Notes: generated by a model from the letters alone, not told the origin. Numbered from the stretch's first letter, positions 1 to 10,117 are shown. The stretch is 63,889 nucleotides of DNA from Deltaproteobacteria bacterium UBA5799 (GCA_002418185.1 DIDN01000034.1:1-63889); one strand, 5' to 3'. A program made the numbers and translations.

Positions 1-325
1 CCCCTAAAGTCGCTTCGCTCCTGACTTCCCCGGCCCGTTCACGCTCTCCCTCCCTTATGCAGCGCTCGCCTTACCCTCCGGGGTTTGTTAAAGACGAAAA
101 ATCTCACAGTACTTTGTTTTTGCATTTAAAACAATCCAGGGCATAAGGCGGAGCGAACATAGGGACGGGGGAGGGGCGGGCAAGCGCGGGGCAGCAGGAG
201 CGAGGCCCCGTAGCGGGCCGAGCGACATAAGGGCCGAGCCTGGAGGATGGAGGCGGAACGAGAGCGGAGCCTTATGCCGAAAAGCGCGGCCAGCGCGTGA
301 ATAGGTCTTTTCGAGAGAGACCGAT
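1..325. repeat. Large imperfect-palindrome repeat element, copy truncated by the window edge
   Basis: nt 1-95 (cccctaaagtcgcttcgctcctg...ccttaccctccgggg) align nearly base for base with about 38670-38765 and 47910-48000. nt about 130-325 align with about 38815-39004. Confidence 0.8.
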
Positions 326-359
326 TTGATTCGAACCCCAAAGGGCCTTGGTTAAACCC

Positions 360-1145
360 TCAGCACGCCGCCCCGCGGGCGTCGAGGAGGAGCTTGAGAA
401 ACACCTTGACCTCGTCCTGCGCTACCAGGTGGAAGGCCGCCTCTTCGGCCTCGCTGCCCACGTGCACAGAGACCCCTCCGGGGCCGAGCGCCCTGTAGGC
501 GTCCTTGTCGGTCTCGTCGTCGCCTATGAAGACGGGCATCGTCCCCCTGAACCTGTTCCTGTCCAGCATCCAGAGGACCGCCCGGCCCTTGTTCCAGTCG
601 ACGTTGGCCCTTATCTCGAAGGCCCTCTTGCTCAGCGCCAGCCGGACCAGGCCGCGGGAAAGGGCAGGGGCCGTTATCCTGTCGAACGCCTCCTTGAAGG
701 CGTGGAAGTGCCTTGAGCCGAGGAGCCTGTAATGGACCGTGTAAGAGGAGCCCTTGTTCTCGAATATGACGCCCTTGAAGTCCTCCTCAAGGCCCGTGAG
801 CGCGGGTTCGAGCCCGTCGAGCTCTTCCCTTGCGGCTCGTCCTATGTCGTACGTCATGGTAAAGTCCGGGGAGGCGGCCTCAAGGCCGTGGTTCCCGGCA
901 TAGGCGAGCCCGTCTATGCCGACGAGGGCCTCTATGTCCGCAAGTCCCCTTCCGGAGACTATCGCCACGGGCATGGAGCCGGCAAGCACCCTTACAAGCT
1001 CCTTCATCTGGAAGGATATGCGCGCGTCCTCGGGCCTGCCGGTGACCGGGGTAAGCGTGCCGTCGTAGTCGAGGAAAAGGGATATCTCCCTACCTTTTAA
1101 GCGCGACCGCATCTCCTCCACGGATTTCAGAAGGTATCTGCTCAT
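360..1145 (-). CDS. otsB: Trehalose-6-phosphate phosphatase (HAD superfamily)
   Basis: HAD motif I LFLDYDGTL near the N-terminus, and a later GDDETD motif. Size is about 260 aa. It overlaps and follows otsA on the same strand. The start may instead be the internal Met at 1112. Confidence 0.85.
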   Translation of the reverse strand: MSRYLLKSVEEMRSRLKGREISLFLDYDGTLTPVTGRPEDARISFQMKELVRVLAGSMPVAIVSGRGLADIEALVGIDGLAYAGNHGLEAASPDFTMTYDIGRAAREELDGLEPALTGLEEDFKGVIFENKGSSYTVHYRLLGSRHFHAFKEAFDRITAPALSRGLVRLALSKRAFEIRANVDWNKGRAVLWMLDRNRFRGTMPVFIGDDETDKDAYRALGPGGVSVHVGSEAEEAAFHLVAQDEVKVFLKLLLDARGAAC

Positions 1146-2592
1146 CCTGTATCCTTTGCATCGCCGAGAATATGTCCTCCACCCAATGGTAGATGTCGTG
1201 CTTTCTCACGTGCGCCCTGGCCTGTACGAGCCTGTTTTTCCTCTCCTCGGGGTCCATCTCCAGGGCGGCCTTCATCGCGTCGGCGCAGGCTTCGGTGTCA
1301 TACGGGTTGATTACCGTTACGCCCGGTATCTCTTCTGAAGCCCCGGCGAACTCGCTTATGAGGATGTTCCCGGTGAGGTCAAGCTGAGAGGCGATGAACT
1401 CCTTGGCGACGAGGTTCATGCCGTCGTAGACCGAGCTTATGACGGCGAGGTCGGCCCTCCTGTAAAGGGCCGCAAGCTCGGTGTGCGAGAGGTTCGAGTG
1501 TATGTACTCGACGGGCCTCCATCCCTCGCTCCCGAACCTCCTGTTGATGGACTCCACCTTGCGCTCGACCCGCTCCATGTAGCTCAGGAAGGGCTCGACC
1601 TTCCGGGTGGGGACCGCCACCTTGATGAGCGTGAATTTCCTCCTGTACCTGGGGTACTTGGTAAAAAAGAGCTCGACCGCTTCGAGGCACTTTATAACGC
1701 CCTTGGTGTAGTCGAGCCTGTTAACGCTCAGGCCAAGCTTTAAATGGCCGAGGTCCCGTTTCATCAGGAACTTCGTTATGAAGGACTCCGCCTCGGGCGA
1801 GGCGGCCGCCGCCTCGAACCAGCCGAAGTCCACGCTTATGGGGAAGGTCCTCAAGCGCGTAATGCGGCCTTTGTGCCTTACGCCGCCTTCCACCGGGTCT
1901 ATCACGCACCCGAGCTCCCTTTCCGCGCAGGTCATGAAGTTCTGCATGAAGCTCGGGAGCTGGAAGCCCAGGAGGTCGTTCGCGAGGAGCCCTTCGAGTA
2001 TCTCCTTTTTCTGCGGGCAAATCCTGAAGACCGCGTGCGGCGGCCAGGGTATGTGCCAGAAAAGCGAGATGAAGGCCCCGGGACGGAGCGCCCTTATCTC
2101 CGCGGCGGCAAGCGCGAGATGGTAGTCCTGCAGCCATATGATCGAGCCCTCCGGGGCCTCCTCGGCGACGGCCCTGGCGAACAGGCGGTTGACCCTCGAA
2201 TAGCTCCGCCAGTACGAGCGGGTGAGGTATACCCTGTCGAGCGCTATATGGCAGAGCGGCCAGAGGAACCTGTTGGAGTAGCCGTTGTAGTAGCCTTCCA
2301 TGTCGTTTGAGCTTAAGGGGACGAGGCGGAGAGTGTAGGAGGGGGATTCCGGGGGCACCTGGATACTGTGCGGCCCGTCCATCTTGTCCCCCTTCGGGCC
2401 CGAAGCTATCCAGACCCCCTTTGTCGCCTGCATCAGCGGGTCGAGGGCGGAGACGAGCCCGCCTACTGTCTTCTGGAGTCGACCCTTCTTGAGGCTGTAG
2501 GGCTCCCGGTTGGAGACAATGACTATTTTTTTGTCAGCTAGACCTTCCATGCTTTTCTTTTTGCCTGCTTTACGGAGAAAACCGAGCAGCAT
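1090..2592 (-). CDS. otsA: Alpha,alpha-trehalose-phosphate synthase (GT20)
   Basis: GT20 hallmarks are present: IVSNREPY, FLWPLCH, VNRLDYTKG and GMNLVAKEF. Length is 500 aa. Confidence 0.9.
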   Translation of the reverse strand: MLLGFLRKAGKKKSMEGLADKKIVIVSNREPYSLKKGRLQKTVGGLVSALDPLMQATKGVWIASGPKGDKMDGPHSIQVPPESPSYTLRLVPLSSNDMEGYYNGYSNRFLWPLCHIALDRVYLTRSYWRSYSRVNRLFARAVAEEAPEGSIIWLQDYHLALAAAEIRALRPGAFISLFWHIPWPPHAVFRICPQKKEILEGLLANDLLGFQLPSFMQNFMTCAERELGCVIDPVEGGVRHKGRITRLRTFPISVDFGWFEAAAASPEAESFITKFLMKRDLGHLKLGLSVNRLDYTKGVIKCLEAVELFFTKYPRYRRKFTLIKVAVPTRKVEPFLSYMERVERKVESINRRFGSEGWRPVEYIHSNLSHTELAALYRRADLAVISSVYDGMNLVAKEFIASQLDLTGNILISEFAGASEEIPGVTVINPYDTEACADAMKAALEMDPEERKNRLVQARAHVRKHDIYHWVEDIFSAMQRIQDEQIPSEIRGGDAVALKR

Positions 2593-2690
2593 CTATTTTA
2601 AGGCTAAAGCGCGAGAATGCAACCTTTAATATTTTTTTAGTAGTTAAAACACGGGGTTGCAGGGGGGATGGCTCGGGGGTGTGAGGGGTT

Positions 2691-3905
2691 TCAGATATAG
2701 ATTACCTTCTCGTCCCGCCTTTCAAGGGCTGTCCATATCCCGAGGTAGTTTTTGATGTTGCGGGTCGTCAGGAAGTTCCTCCTTATGTGTTCCCTCCCTG
2801 CCTCGCCCATCCTTTCCGCCCTTTCCGGGTTTTCGAGGAGCTGCCGTATCCTGTATGCGGTGCCTTCTACCGAATGGACCAGGAACCCTGTTACTCCTTC
2901 GATGACCTGGAGCGGTATGCCGCCCGCGTCCCCTGCGATTACGGGCTTTTTCTTCCATAGCGCCTCTGCCACGACCAGGCCGAAGCCCTCGCGGGTCGAT
3001 TTCTGGAGAACTATGTCGGCCCCCCTCTGAAGCGCGTTCACCTCCCTGTCGCTGAAAGGGGGCAGCAGCAGTATGTGTATGTCCGGGTCGCCGGCAGCCC
3101 TTTCCTCGACCTCGGCGAGGACCTTCTCGCCCTCGGGGTCGTCTGTGGCCGTGCCGCCGGCGAGCACCAGCCTGCAGTCGTGGTATTTTTTCGCCAGCCT
3201 GTAAGCGTCTATTACGCCCAGCGGGTCCTTGAAAGGGTCGAACCTCGATACCTGGAGGAGCACCGGCTTATCGAGCGGCACGCCGAGACGCTCGTAAACG
3301 GCCTTCACCTCCTCGTCCTCGAGGTGTATGTTCTTGTCGGCGAGAGGGTCTATCGTGGGCTGTATGAGAAACTGATGGATAGGGAGCGACTGTGCGAAGT
3401 TCGCGACCGAAAAGATGGAGCCGTCGTACTTCCCGACAATGTCCTTCAACTGGTGCCATGCGGCCCTGTCCGGAGAGGAGATGTCGATATGGCACCTCCA
3501 TATCCAGGTGCCCCTTTTCCTGTAATCGATGAACATGGCGGGCTGGGGGTCGTGAACGACCACGAAGTCCGCGTCAAGGTCTATCCTCCCGGCGTTCTCC
3601 CTGTTCACCCGTGCGAATTCGTCCCACATCTCCCTGGTAAGGGGCCTGCCCCTCCCTTGCAGCGAATTATGGATGTTCTTGGTGACCTCGAAGAAGGGCC
3701 GGTCGGCCTGCATGACCTCCCACCTCACGTCCAGGCCGATGTCCTTGAAAAGGGGCACCATCCTGGTCAGGAGCTCGGCCACACCGCCGCCGGCGGCGGT
3801 CGAGTTCACGTGGAGCATCTTCCTGCCGGCAAGCACCGAGGCCATCCGCTCGATGGCCCTCAAGTCGCCGGGTTCGGCTATGCCCTCGTAGTCCTTGAGG
3901 CTCAC
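2691..3905 (-). CDS. treT: Trehalose glycosyltransferring synthase (TreT-like GT4)
   Basis: Colinear with remembered archaeal/bacterial TreT blocks: HVNSTAAGGGVAELL, HDPQPA, WRCHIDIS, QVSRFDPFKD, DDPEG, REGFGLVVAEALWKKKPVIAG and GFLV. Confidence 0.75.
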   Translation of the reverse strand: MSLKDYEGIAEPGDLRAIERMASVLAGRKMLHVNSTAAGGGVAELLTRMVPLFKDIGLDVRWEVMQADRPFFEVTKNIHNSLQGRGRPLTREMWDEFARVNRENAGRIDLDADFVVVHDPQPAMFIDYRKRGTWIWRCHIDISSPDRAAWHQLKDIVGKYDGSIFSVANFAQSLPIHQFLIQPTIDPLADKNIHLEDEEVKAVYERLGVPLDKPVLLQVSRFDPFKDPLGVIDAYRLAKKYHDCRLVLAGGTATDDPEGEKVLAEVEERAAGDPDIHILLLPPFSDREVNALQRGADIVLQKSTREGFGLVVAEALWKKKPVIAGDAGGIPLQVIEGVTGFLVHSVEGTAYRIRQLLENPERAERMGEAGREHIRRNFLTTRNIKNYLGIWTALERRDEKVIYI

Positions 3906-4552
3906 AGCGCCTCCTCGATAAGGGACGCAATCTTCTCCCTCAGCACCTCGGTAGAATACATGTACGGGTCGAGCGATTTTATCCTGGCGGCTATGCCCGG
4001 GCGGTCGAGCGAGGTGGAGAGGTATTCGCTGAAGTCGTCGGTCGGCCGGTCGAGCCTGAGCCTCGACTCGTAGAAATGGAAATATATGCTCGAGTAGTCC
4101 ACTTCCCGGAGCTTCAGCAGGAAATCATGGAGTTGCGGCCCGCACTCCATCGAGGTCGGCAGAACGATGGTTATTCCCTCGTTGAACATGAACTCGCGCC
4201 CGGGCAGCACAGGCCTCGGCGGCGGGTAGGTGTCGAGGTACTCGTGTATTATCCTCATGAGCTCGAAGCGGAGGTCCTCGATCTTCGCGAATTCGAAAGG
4301 GTTCACGTTGGCGAGGGCCTCTGCGAGGAGCGGCTCGCCCAGGGACTCCGAGACCCAGACGGCGAAGTCGTTGGGGAATTCCGGCTCGACCGCGTGGGGC
4401 TTCAGGAAATACTGGTGCATGTGATGGAAGATGGACTCGCGGCTCACGGTTTTCATTATGTCGAGGAGGTCGAGGATGTCCGCCGCCTTCCGGCCCGTGA
4501 GCGTCGTGAGCGCGAAGCACTCGTAGAACCTGAAAGTCCTCTCGTCTGCCAT
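3902..4552 (-). CDS. Conserved hypothetical protein, translationally coupled to treT
   Basis: 216-aa ORF with consistent codon usage. Its stop overlaps the treT start by 4 nt (ATGA-type coupling). I recognise no catalytic motif. Confidence 0.7.
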   Translation of the reverse strand: MADERTFRFYECFALTTLTGRKAADILDLLDIMKTVSRESIFHHMHQYFLKPHAVEPEFPNDFAVWVSESLGEPLLAEALANVNPFEFAKIEDLRFELMRIIHEYLDTYPPPRPVLPGREFMFNEGITIVLPTSMECGPQLHDFLLKLREVDYSSIYFHFYESRLRLDRPTDDFSEYLSTSLDRPGIAARIKSLDPYMYSTEVLREKIASLIEEAL

Positions 4553-4850
4553 TGGTCCACCTTCTAAAACTAACGATTTCCTTAATGACCGTAACAGAGC
4601 GTCGCCGCACTGTCAAGGGCACGCGGGGCCTGCCGCTGCGTGCAAAAGGCCCCGGGTCCCCTCAAATCCACGGATTCAGGCTATAATACCTCATTAAATA
4701 TCCAGTGACGGAGACGTCTTGAATCAATGCGGCGCATTAAAGCGGCCTCAATATCACATTTCGGCGGCGGCAATAAAATATTTAAAAAATCAACGAGACT
4801 TGTTATATTCGGGTGGTTCGGAAAACCCCGCGTGTGGAGAGGTGAACAGC

Positions 4851-7800
4851 ATGGGCAGCAGGGACTCCGGAATCGGGTTTGTAGGGCAGGTGCCCTGGGG
4901 CACGCACCTTTGCCAGTTCTACGGCACGGAAGACGACCTCCTGGACCTGGTCGTCCCGTTCATAGCCGCGGGCCTCAGGTCGAAAGAGCGGTGCCTTCTG
5001 ATAACGCCCGGAAGAGCGCAGCATGAAAAGGCGCTGAGGGCGCTCGGGAGGGCGGTCCCCGAGATCGGGAAACGGATATCCAGGCAAGAGCTCGAGTTCC
5101 TGGAGCATGACGAATGGTACTTGAAGGGGGGCGTCTTCGAGCCTGAAAAGCTCATAAGGAGATGGTCCGAGATGCACGACAGGGCCCTGGAGGCCGGCTT
5201 CGAAGGGCTGAGGGTCATGGGCAGCGGCCTCTGCCCGGACAAGAGGCTGTGGAAGAGGTTCATGGAATACGAGGAGGCAGTTGACGGCGCGATACACGGG
5301 CTCAAGATGCTTGCACTCTGCGCCTATTCCGTCGACAGGTGCGGGGCCGCCGAGCTGCTGGAAGCGGCCGGCAGCCACAGCCCAGTCATAGTAAGGTGCA
5401 AGGGACAATGGAAGTCGATAGCCGGCTTGGGGCAAAAGACCTCCGAAGGCGCGCTCAAGGAAAGCGAGCAGCGTTACAGGCTGCTTACCGAGCTCACGTC
5501 CGACATAGTATTCAGGATGTCCATAAGGACGGACGGCGGGCTTGACCTTGAGTGGATAACAGAGGCGTTCGAGAACGTGTCGGGGTACGGGAGCTGGGAG
5601 ATATCCTCCTCAGAAAGCCTCGAGAAGATAATCCACCCGGAGGACGCGCGGGAGTACAGGGACATGCTGGCGTCGGTTCTGTCCGGCAGGCAGTCGGATG
5701 CGGAGGTCAGGTACGTCTCGAAGCGCGGCGAGGGCCGCTGGCTCAAGCTCTACGCACTCCCCGAGTATTACGAGGGGACGAGGATAATAAGGGGGGTAAT
5801 CGGGCGCGGCAAGGACATAACCCGAAGGAAAAGGGCAGAGGAGAGGCTCAGGGACTCGGAAAGGAAGCACAGGGGCCTTTGCGAGTCCATAAGCGAAGCG
5901 GTAATCGAGACCGCGCTCGACGGGACGGTGCTGGACTGCAACCAGGCCTGCCTCGACATGTTCGGCTACTCGCGGGAGGGGATCAAGGGTCTTGCGCTCG
6001 CGGACCTGGTCCCCGGCGGACGGGATGATTCAGGGGCCGGGACGTTCAGGGACCGGCTCTTTACCGAAGGGTGCTCGGTTGAGTGCGATAAGGATTGCAG
6101 GAGGAAGGACGGAACGGTTTTCCGGGCGAGCCGGAGGGTCTGGCCGATAAGGGACTCATCCGGCTCGCCTGCCGGAATGTGGTGGGTGCTGAGAGACCTT
6201 ACCCGGCTCAGGGAGGCCGAGAGGAAGCTTGTCGAGGAGGCGGCCCACAGGAAGGGGGTTGTCGAGAGCCTGCCCGGCGCATATTACATGCTCGACGCGG
6301 AAGGCAGGGTAATCGACTGGAACAGGGGCCTTGAGGATCTGACCGGGTATCCCGCAAGGGAGATCGCCGGGATGCGCGCCGTGGACTTCTTCGAGGCCGC
6401 CGAGAAGGAGACGATAGGGGAGAAGGTCAGGGAGGCGTTCCGGAGCGGCGGCGCGGAAGCGGAGGCTACGGTCGTCACCAGGGGAGGAGGACGGGTCCCT
6501 TTTCTCTTCAGGGCAAGGCTGTCCCAAAAGGACGGAAAGCCCTGCCTGATAGGCGTCGGACTCGATATGAGCGCCCGGAAGAAGGCCGAGGACCTCGCGG
6601 CAAGGGCCGGCAGGGAACTCGAAGCCAGGGTGGAGGAGAGGACCATTGAGCTCAGGAAAATAATCTCACGGCACAGGACTGGCGAGGAGCGCTTCAGGGC
6701 GCTTGTCGAGACGACGAGCGACTGGGTCTGGGAGATAGACGCGGAGGGCGTATACACATACGTGAGCCCGAAGGTGATCGAGTTGCTGGGCTACAGGCCC
6801 GAGGAGGTAGTCGGCAGGGCCAGGTTCGATTTCATGGCGCCGGACGAGGCGCCGTGCATCAAGGCCGCGTTCAACGAGATATCCGCGGTCAAAAAGCCCT
6901 TCTCTCTCCTCGAGATCCGGAAGGTAAGGAAAGACGGCAGGCCGGTTATCATAGAGACGAGCGGCGCGCCCATACTGGACCCGAACGGCAGCCTCCTCGG
7001 GTACAGGGGCGTAGACAGGGACATAACTGCCAGGAAAGTCGAGGAAGAGGAGCGGGGCAGGATACAGGAGCAGCTCATACAGTCGCAGAAGATGGAGGCC
7101 ATCGGCGCGCTTGCCGGAGGAATCGCACACGACTTCAACAACCTCATGGTGGTGATAAAGCTGAATGCCGAGCTTGCCCTGAAAAGAGAGCAGCAGAAAG
7201 GCGACATAAGCGCCTTCCTCGAGCAGATCTGCATATCCTCCGAAAGGGCCGAGAACCTCACGAGGCAGCTGCTCATATTCAGCCGCAAGCAGCCCACCCA
7301 GATGAGGCCCTTGTGCCTCAACGCCAAGGTCGACAACATGCTCAGGATACTCAAGCGCCTCATAGGGGAGAATATCCGGATTAAGACCTTCTTCGACCCA
7401 GGGATAGAGAAGATAAGGGCAGACAAGGTGAACGTCGAGCAGATAGTGATGAACCTGGTCATAAACGCGAGGGACGCGCTCCCGAGTGGCGGGACCATAA
7501 CCATCAGGACCGACAACGTCGAGGTCTCGGGGAGCGATTCGGCCAGGACGGCATCGCTCTCCGCAGGCGCATACGCCAGGCTCACGGTCGAGGACGACGG
7601 GGTGGGGATAGACGGAGACGTGATAAGGCGCATCTTCGAGCCCTTTTTCACAACCAAGGGCCCGCGCGGCACCGGGCTCGGCCTCGCGGTAGTGCACGGG
7701 ATAGTCAAAGAGCTGAAAGGCTGGATAGACGTCGAGAGCAAGCCCGGAGCCGGCGCCAGGTTCGAGGTCTACCTGCCGGCAATGGAATGGATCGAGGAGG

Positions 7801-8207
7801 CGGAGGCCAAGCGCCCCCCCGAGGGGCCGCTCCTCGGCAGAGGCGAAAGGGTGCTCGTCGTCGAGGACGAGAAGCTCCTCAGGAAAAGCGTAGCAGTGGT
7901 GCTGGCCAGGAACGGGTACAGGGTATTCGAGGCCTCATCGGCAAAGGAGGCCGTCGAGCTCTTCGAAAAAGAGAAGGGCCTCTTCAACCTCGTCTTCAGC
8001 GACATGGTCCTTGAGGACAGGGACGGGGTCTGCCTGGTCGACGACCTCCTGGCCAGGAACTCAGCATTCAAGGTGCTGATTACGAGCGGGTACCTTGACG
8101 TCGAGTCGCAGTGGCCCGCGATAAGGGACAGGGGGTTCAACTTCCTGCAGAAGCCTTATGAGGTCACCGACCTCCTTAGGTCGGTGCGGAACGCGATAGA
8201 GAACTGA
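4851..8207 (+). CDS. Hybrid sensor histidine kinase: MEDS-like N-terminus, several PAS domains, HisKA/HATPase, C-terminal receiver
   Basis: N-terminal HLCQFYGTEDDLLDLVVPFI resembles a MEDS domain. Several PAS-like blocks are separated by coiled-coil linkers. H-box is IAHDFNNLM, N-box NLVINARDA, G-boxes DDGVGI and GTGLGLA, receiver VLVVEDE...FSDMVLED. I prefer ATG 4851 (GGAGAGG RBS) over the TTG at 4719 in the ORF track. Confidence 0.9.
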   Translation: MGSRDSGIGFVGQVPWGTHLCQFYGTEDDLLDLVVPFIAAGLRSKERCLLITPGRAQHEKALRALGRAVPEIGKRISRQELEFLEHDEWYLKGGVFEPEKLIRRWSEMHDRALEAGFEGLRVMGSGLCPDKRLWKRFMEYEEAVDGAIHGLKMLALCAYSVDRCGAAELLEAAGSHSPVIVRCKGQWKSIAGLGQKTSEGALKESEQRYRLLTELTSDIVFRMSIRTDGGLDLEWITEAFENVSGYGSWEISSSESLEKIIHPEDAREYRDMLASVLSGRQSDAEVRYVSKRGEGRWLKLYALPEYYEGTRIIRGVIGRGKDITRRKRAEERLRDSERKHRGLCESISEAVIETALDGTVLDCNQACLDMFGYSREGIKGLALADLVPGGRDDSGAGTFRDRLFTEGCSVECDKDCRRKDGTVFRASRRVWPIRDSSGSPAGMWWVLRDLTRLREAERKLVEEAAHRKGVVESLPGAYYMLDAEGRVIDWNRGLEDLTGYPAREIAGMRAVDFFEAAEKETIGEKVREAFRSGGAEAEATVVTRGGGRVPFLFRARLSQKDGKPCLIGVGLDMSARKKAEDLAARAGRELEARVEERTIELRKIISRHRTGEERFRALVETTSDWVWEIDAEGVYTYVSPKVIELLGYRPEEVVGRARFDFMAPDEAPCIKAAFNEISAVKKPFSLLEIRKVRKDGRPVIIETSGAPILDPNGSLLGYRGVDRDITARKVEEEERGRIQEQLIQSQKMEAIGALAGGIAHDFNNLMVVIKLNAELALKREQQKGDISAFLEQICISSERAENLTRQLLIFSRKQPTQMRPLCLNAKVDNMLRILKRLIGENIRIKTFFDPGIEKIRADKVNVEQIVMNLVINARDALPSGGTITIRTDNVEVSGSDSARTASLSAGAYARLTVEDDGVGIDGDVIRRIFEPFFTTKGPRGTGLGLAVVHGIVKELKGWIDVESKPGAGARFEVYLPAMEWIEEAEAKRPPEGPLLGRGERVLVVEDEKLLRKSVAVVLARNGYRVFEASSAKEAVELFEKEKGLFNLVFSDMVLEDRDGVCLVDDLLARNSAFKVLITSGYLDVESQWPAIRDRGFNFLQKPYEVTDLLRSVRNAIEN

Positions 8208-8287
8208 GCCGGGGCAAGGGGGCCCGGACCCCGGGGCCGCCCTCTTCCGGGGTGCGCCCCGCATCCCCGGCGGGCCGCACATTCGGC

Positions 8288-8315
8288 TTGACTTTGACCA
8301 AAATAGGACTAAAAT
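8288..8315 (+). promoter_or_regulatory. Sigma70-like promoter upstream of the Rrf2 regulator
   Basis: TTGACT (8288-8293), 16-nt spacer, TAAAAT (8310-8315), about 34 nt upstream of the ATG. Confidence 0.45.
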
Positions 8316-8348
8316 CATCCGTAATGTCTTTTTTAAGGAGCATGCCGG

Positions 8349-8798
8349 ATGCTTCAACTCACAAGAAACGGCGAATACGCGGTCAGGGCCGTCCTTTTTC
8401 TCGCATCCCGGCCACCGGGCAGGCCCGTCCTCATAACCGAGATATCCGAATCGCAGGAGGTGCCGAAGAGCTACCTCTCGAAGATAATGCAGCAGCTGGT
8501 GCACTCGGGGCTCGTGAGGTCCCGCCGGGGCATAAACGGCGGCTTCACTCTCGCAAGGCCGGCGGAGTCCATAACCCTCAAGGAGACCATCGAGGCGGTC
8601 GAGGGGCCCATACACCTTAACGTATGTCTCATAAGGAAAGGCGAGTGCCACAGGGACGACTTCTGCCCTGTCCACCCGGTATGGCAGGAAGCGCAGAGGA
8701 GGCTTTCCGAGGTGCTGGACGGAAAGACCATGGCCGACCTCGTAAGGGACGGCGAGGCCATTCAAGGCAGGCTTAAAAAGTCCAGAAGGAAGAGGTGA
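8349..8798 (+). CDS. Rrf2-family transcriptional regulator with a putative Fe-S cysteine triad
   Basis: N-terminal MLQLTRNGEYAVRAVLFLA winged HTH typical of Rrf2. Cys cluster is CLIRKGECHRDDFC. AAGGAG RBS lies 8 nt upstream. Confidence 0.9.
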   Translation: MLQLTRNGEYAVRAVLFLASRPPGRPVLITEISESQEVPKSYLSKIMQQLVHSGLVRSRRGINGGFTLARPAESITLKETIEAVEGPIHLNVCLIRKGECHRDDFCPVHPVWQEAQRRLSEVLDGKTMADLVRDGEAIQGRLKKSRRKR

Positions 8799-8914
8799 GG
8801 AACAGGCCCCGTCCGCCTTGGCGTGGGCCAGGTCCGGGGCGGGCACTCAGCGGTTGTTTTTTTTATATGCTAAAATGAATCTGTACTGTTCCTGCGTATT
8901 CCAGCGGAGGCCGG

Positions 8915-10117
8915 ATGAAGAAGAGCTTCAGGTACGTGATAGTCGGAGGCGGCCTTGCCGGCGCCTCGGCGATAAAGGGCATAAGGGGGCGCGACAAGGA
9001 CGGCGGCATCCTCCTCATGGGCGCCGAGAGCGAAAGGCCCTATGACAGGCCGCCGCTCACAAAGAAGCTCTGGTCCGGGAAGAAGAAGGTCGAGGACATA
9101 TTCCTCCACGGGCCAGGCTATTACGACGAGAACGGGGTGGATCTCCGGCTCGGGAAAAGGGCCGTTAAGCTTGACACGGGCGCAAAGACCGTGGCCGACG
9201 AGACGGGGGCCGAGTTCGGGTACGAGAAGCTGCTGATAGCGACAGGCGGGGTCCCGAGGAAGCTCGACATCCCGGGAGGCGATCTCGATGGGGTCATTTA
9301 TTACAGGTATCTCGGCGACTACACCAGGCTGAGGGAGAAGGCCGCGAAAGGAGCTTCCGCTATCGTCATCGGGGGCGGGTTCATCGGCTCGGAGATAGCC
9401 GCCTCGCTCAACATGAACGGGGTCGACGTGACGATGGTCTTCCCCTCGCCCTATATCTGCAACAAAGTGTTCCCGGAGGGGCTCGGCAGGGCGCTCCAGG
9501 CGGATTTCGGGAAAAGGGGCATAAAGGTATTCGCAAGCGAAACCCCGGCCTCGTTCAGCAAGCTGGGCGGCAAGCTGGCCATAAGGACGACCGGCGAGAT
9601 TGTATTCGAGGCCGACGCCGTTATCGTGGGCGCGGGGATAGTGCCGGCCACGGAACTTGCCAGGGGCGCGGGGCTGAAGGTCGAGGACGGGATAACCGTC
9701 GACGAGTTCATGAGGACTTCCGAGCCGGATATATACGCGGCTGGGGACGTAGCCAACTTCCCTTACAAAGACCTCGGGAAAAGGACGAGGGTCGAGCACT
9801 GGGACAACGCCCTCAGCCAGGGAGCGCTCGCGGGCGCCAACATGGCAGGAGGCGCCGAGCCGTACCGCCACATGCCGTACTTCTTCTCGGACCTTTTCGA
9901 TTTCGGGTACGAGGCAGTGGGCGAAGTGAGCTCCTCTCTTGAGACCTTCGCCGACTGGCAGGAGGAGAACGTGAAAGGCGTCGTATACTACCTGAGGGAA
10001 GGCCGGGTGCGGGGGGTTATGCTCTGTAACGTCTGGGAGAAGGTGGACGAGGCGAGGGAGCTTATAAGAAAGGGAGAGCGTTTGACCCGCTCGGACCTCA
10101 AGGGCAGGATAGGATAA
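8915..10117 (+). CDS. FAD/NAD(P)-dependent pyridine nucleotide-disulfide oxidoreductase (ferredoxin-reductase/AIF-like)
   Basis: Two dinucleotide folds, VIVGGGLAGASA and IVIGGGFIGSE, plus the AAGDVA FAD motif. Length is 400 aa. Confidence 0.85.
   Translation: MKKSFRYVIVGGGLAGASAIKGIRGRDKDGGILLMGAESERPYDRPPLTKKLWSGKKKVEDIFLHGPGYYDENGVDLRLGKRAVKLDTGAKTVADETGAEFGYEKLLIATGGVPRKLDIPGGDLDGVIYYRYLGDYTRLREKAAKGASAIVIGGGFIGSEIAASLNMNGVDVTMVFPSPYICNKVFPEGLGRALQADFGKRGIKVFASETPASFSKLGGKLAIRTTGEIVFEADAVIVGAGIVPATELARGAGLKVEDGITVDEFMRTSEPDIYAAGDVANFPYKDLGKRTRVEHWDNALSQGALAGANMAGGAEPYRHMPYFFSDLFDFGYEAVGEVSSSLETFADWQEENVKGVVYYLREGRVRGVMLCNVWEKVDEARELIRKGERLTRSDLKGRIG

Noticed and set aside
126-341. Small ORFs inside the palindromic repeats (126-341, 38707-38964 and 38811-39059, minus strand) with similar Arg/Pro/Ser-rich translations
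   Set aside because: The similarity simply mirrors nucleotide identity of the repeat copies. There is no RBS, composition is low-complexity, and differences between copies do not follow a codon-position pattern. I treat them as non-coding.
4719-4850. TTG start at 4719 for the histidine kinase, and GTG 48024 for the U32 protein
   Set aside because: Internal ATG codons with good RBS or with homology-consistent N-termini (4851 and 48126) are more plausible. The 48024 extension lies in repeat DNA.
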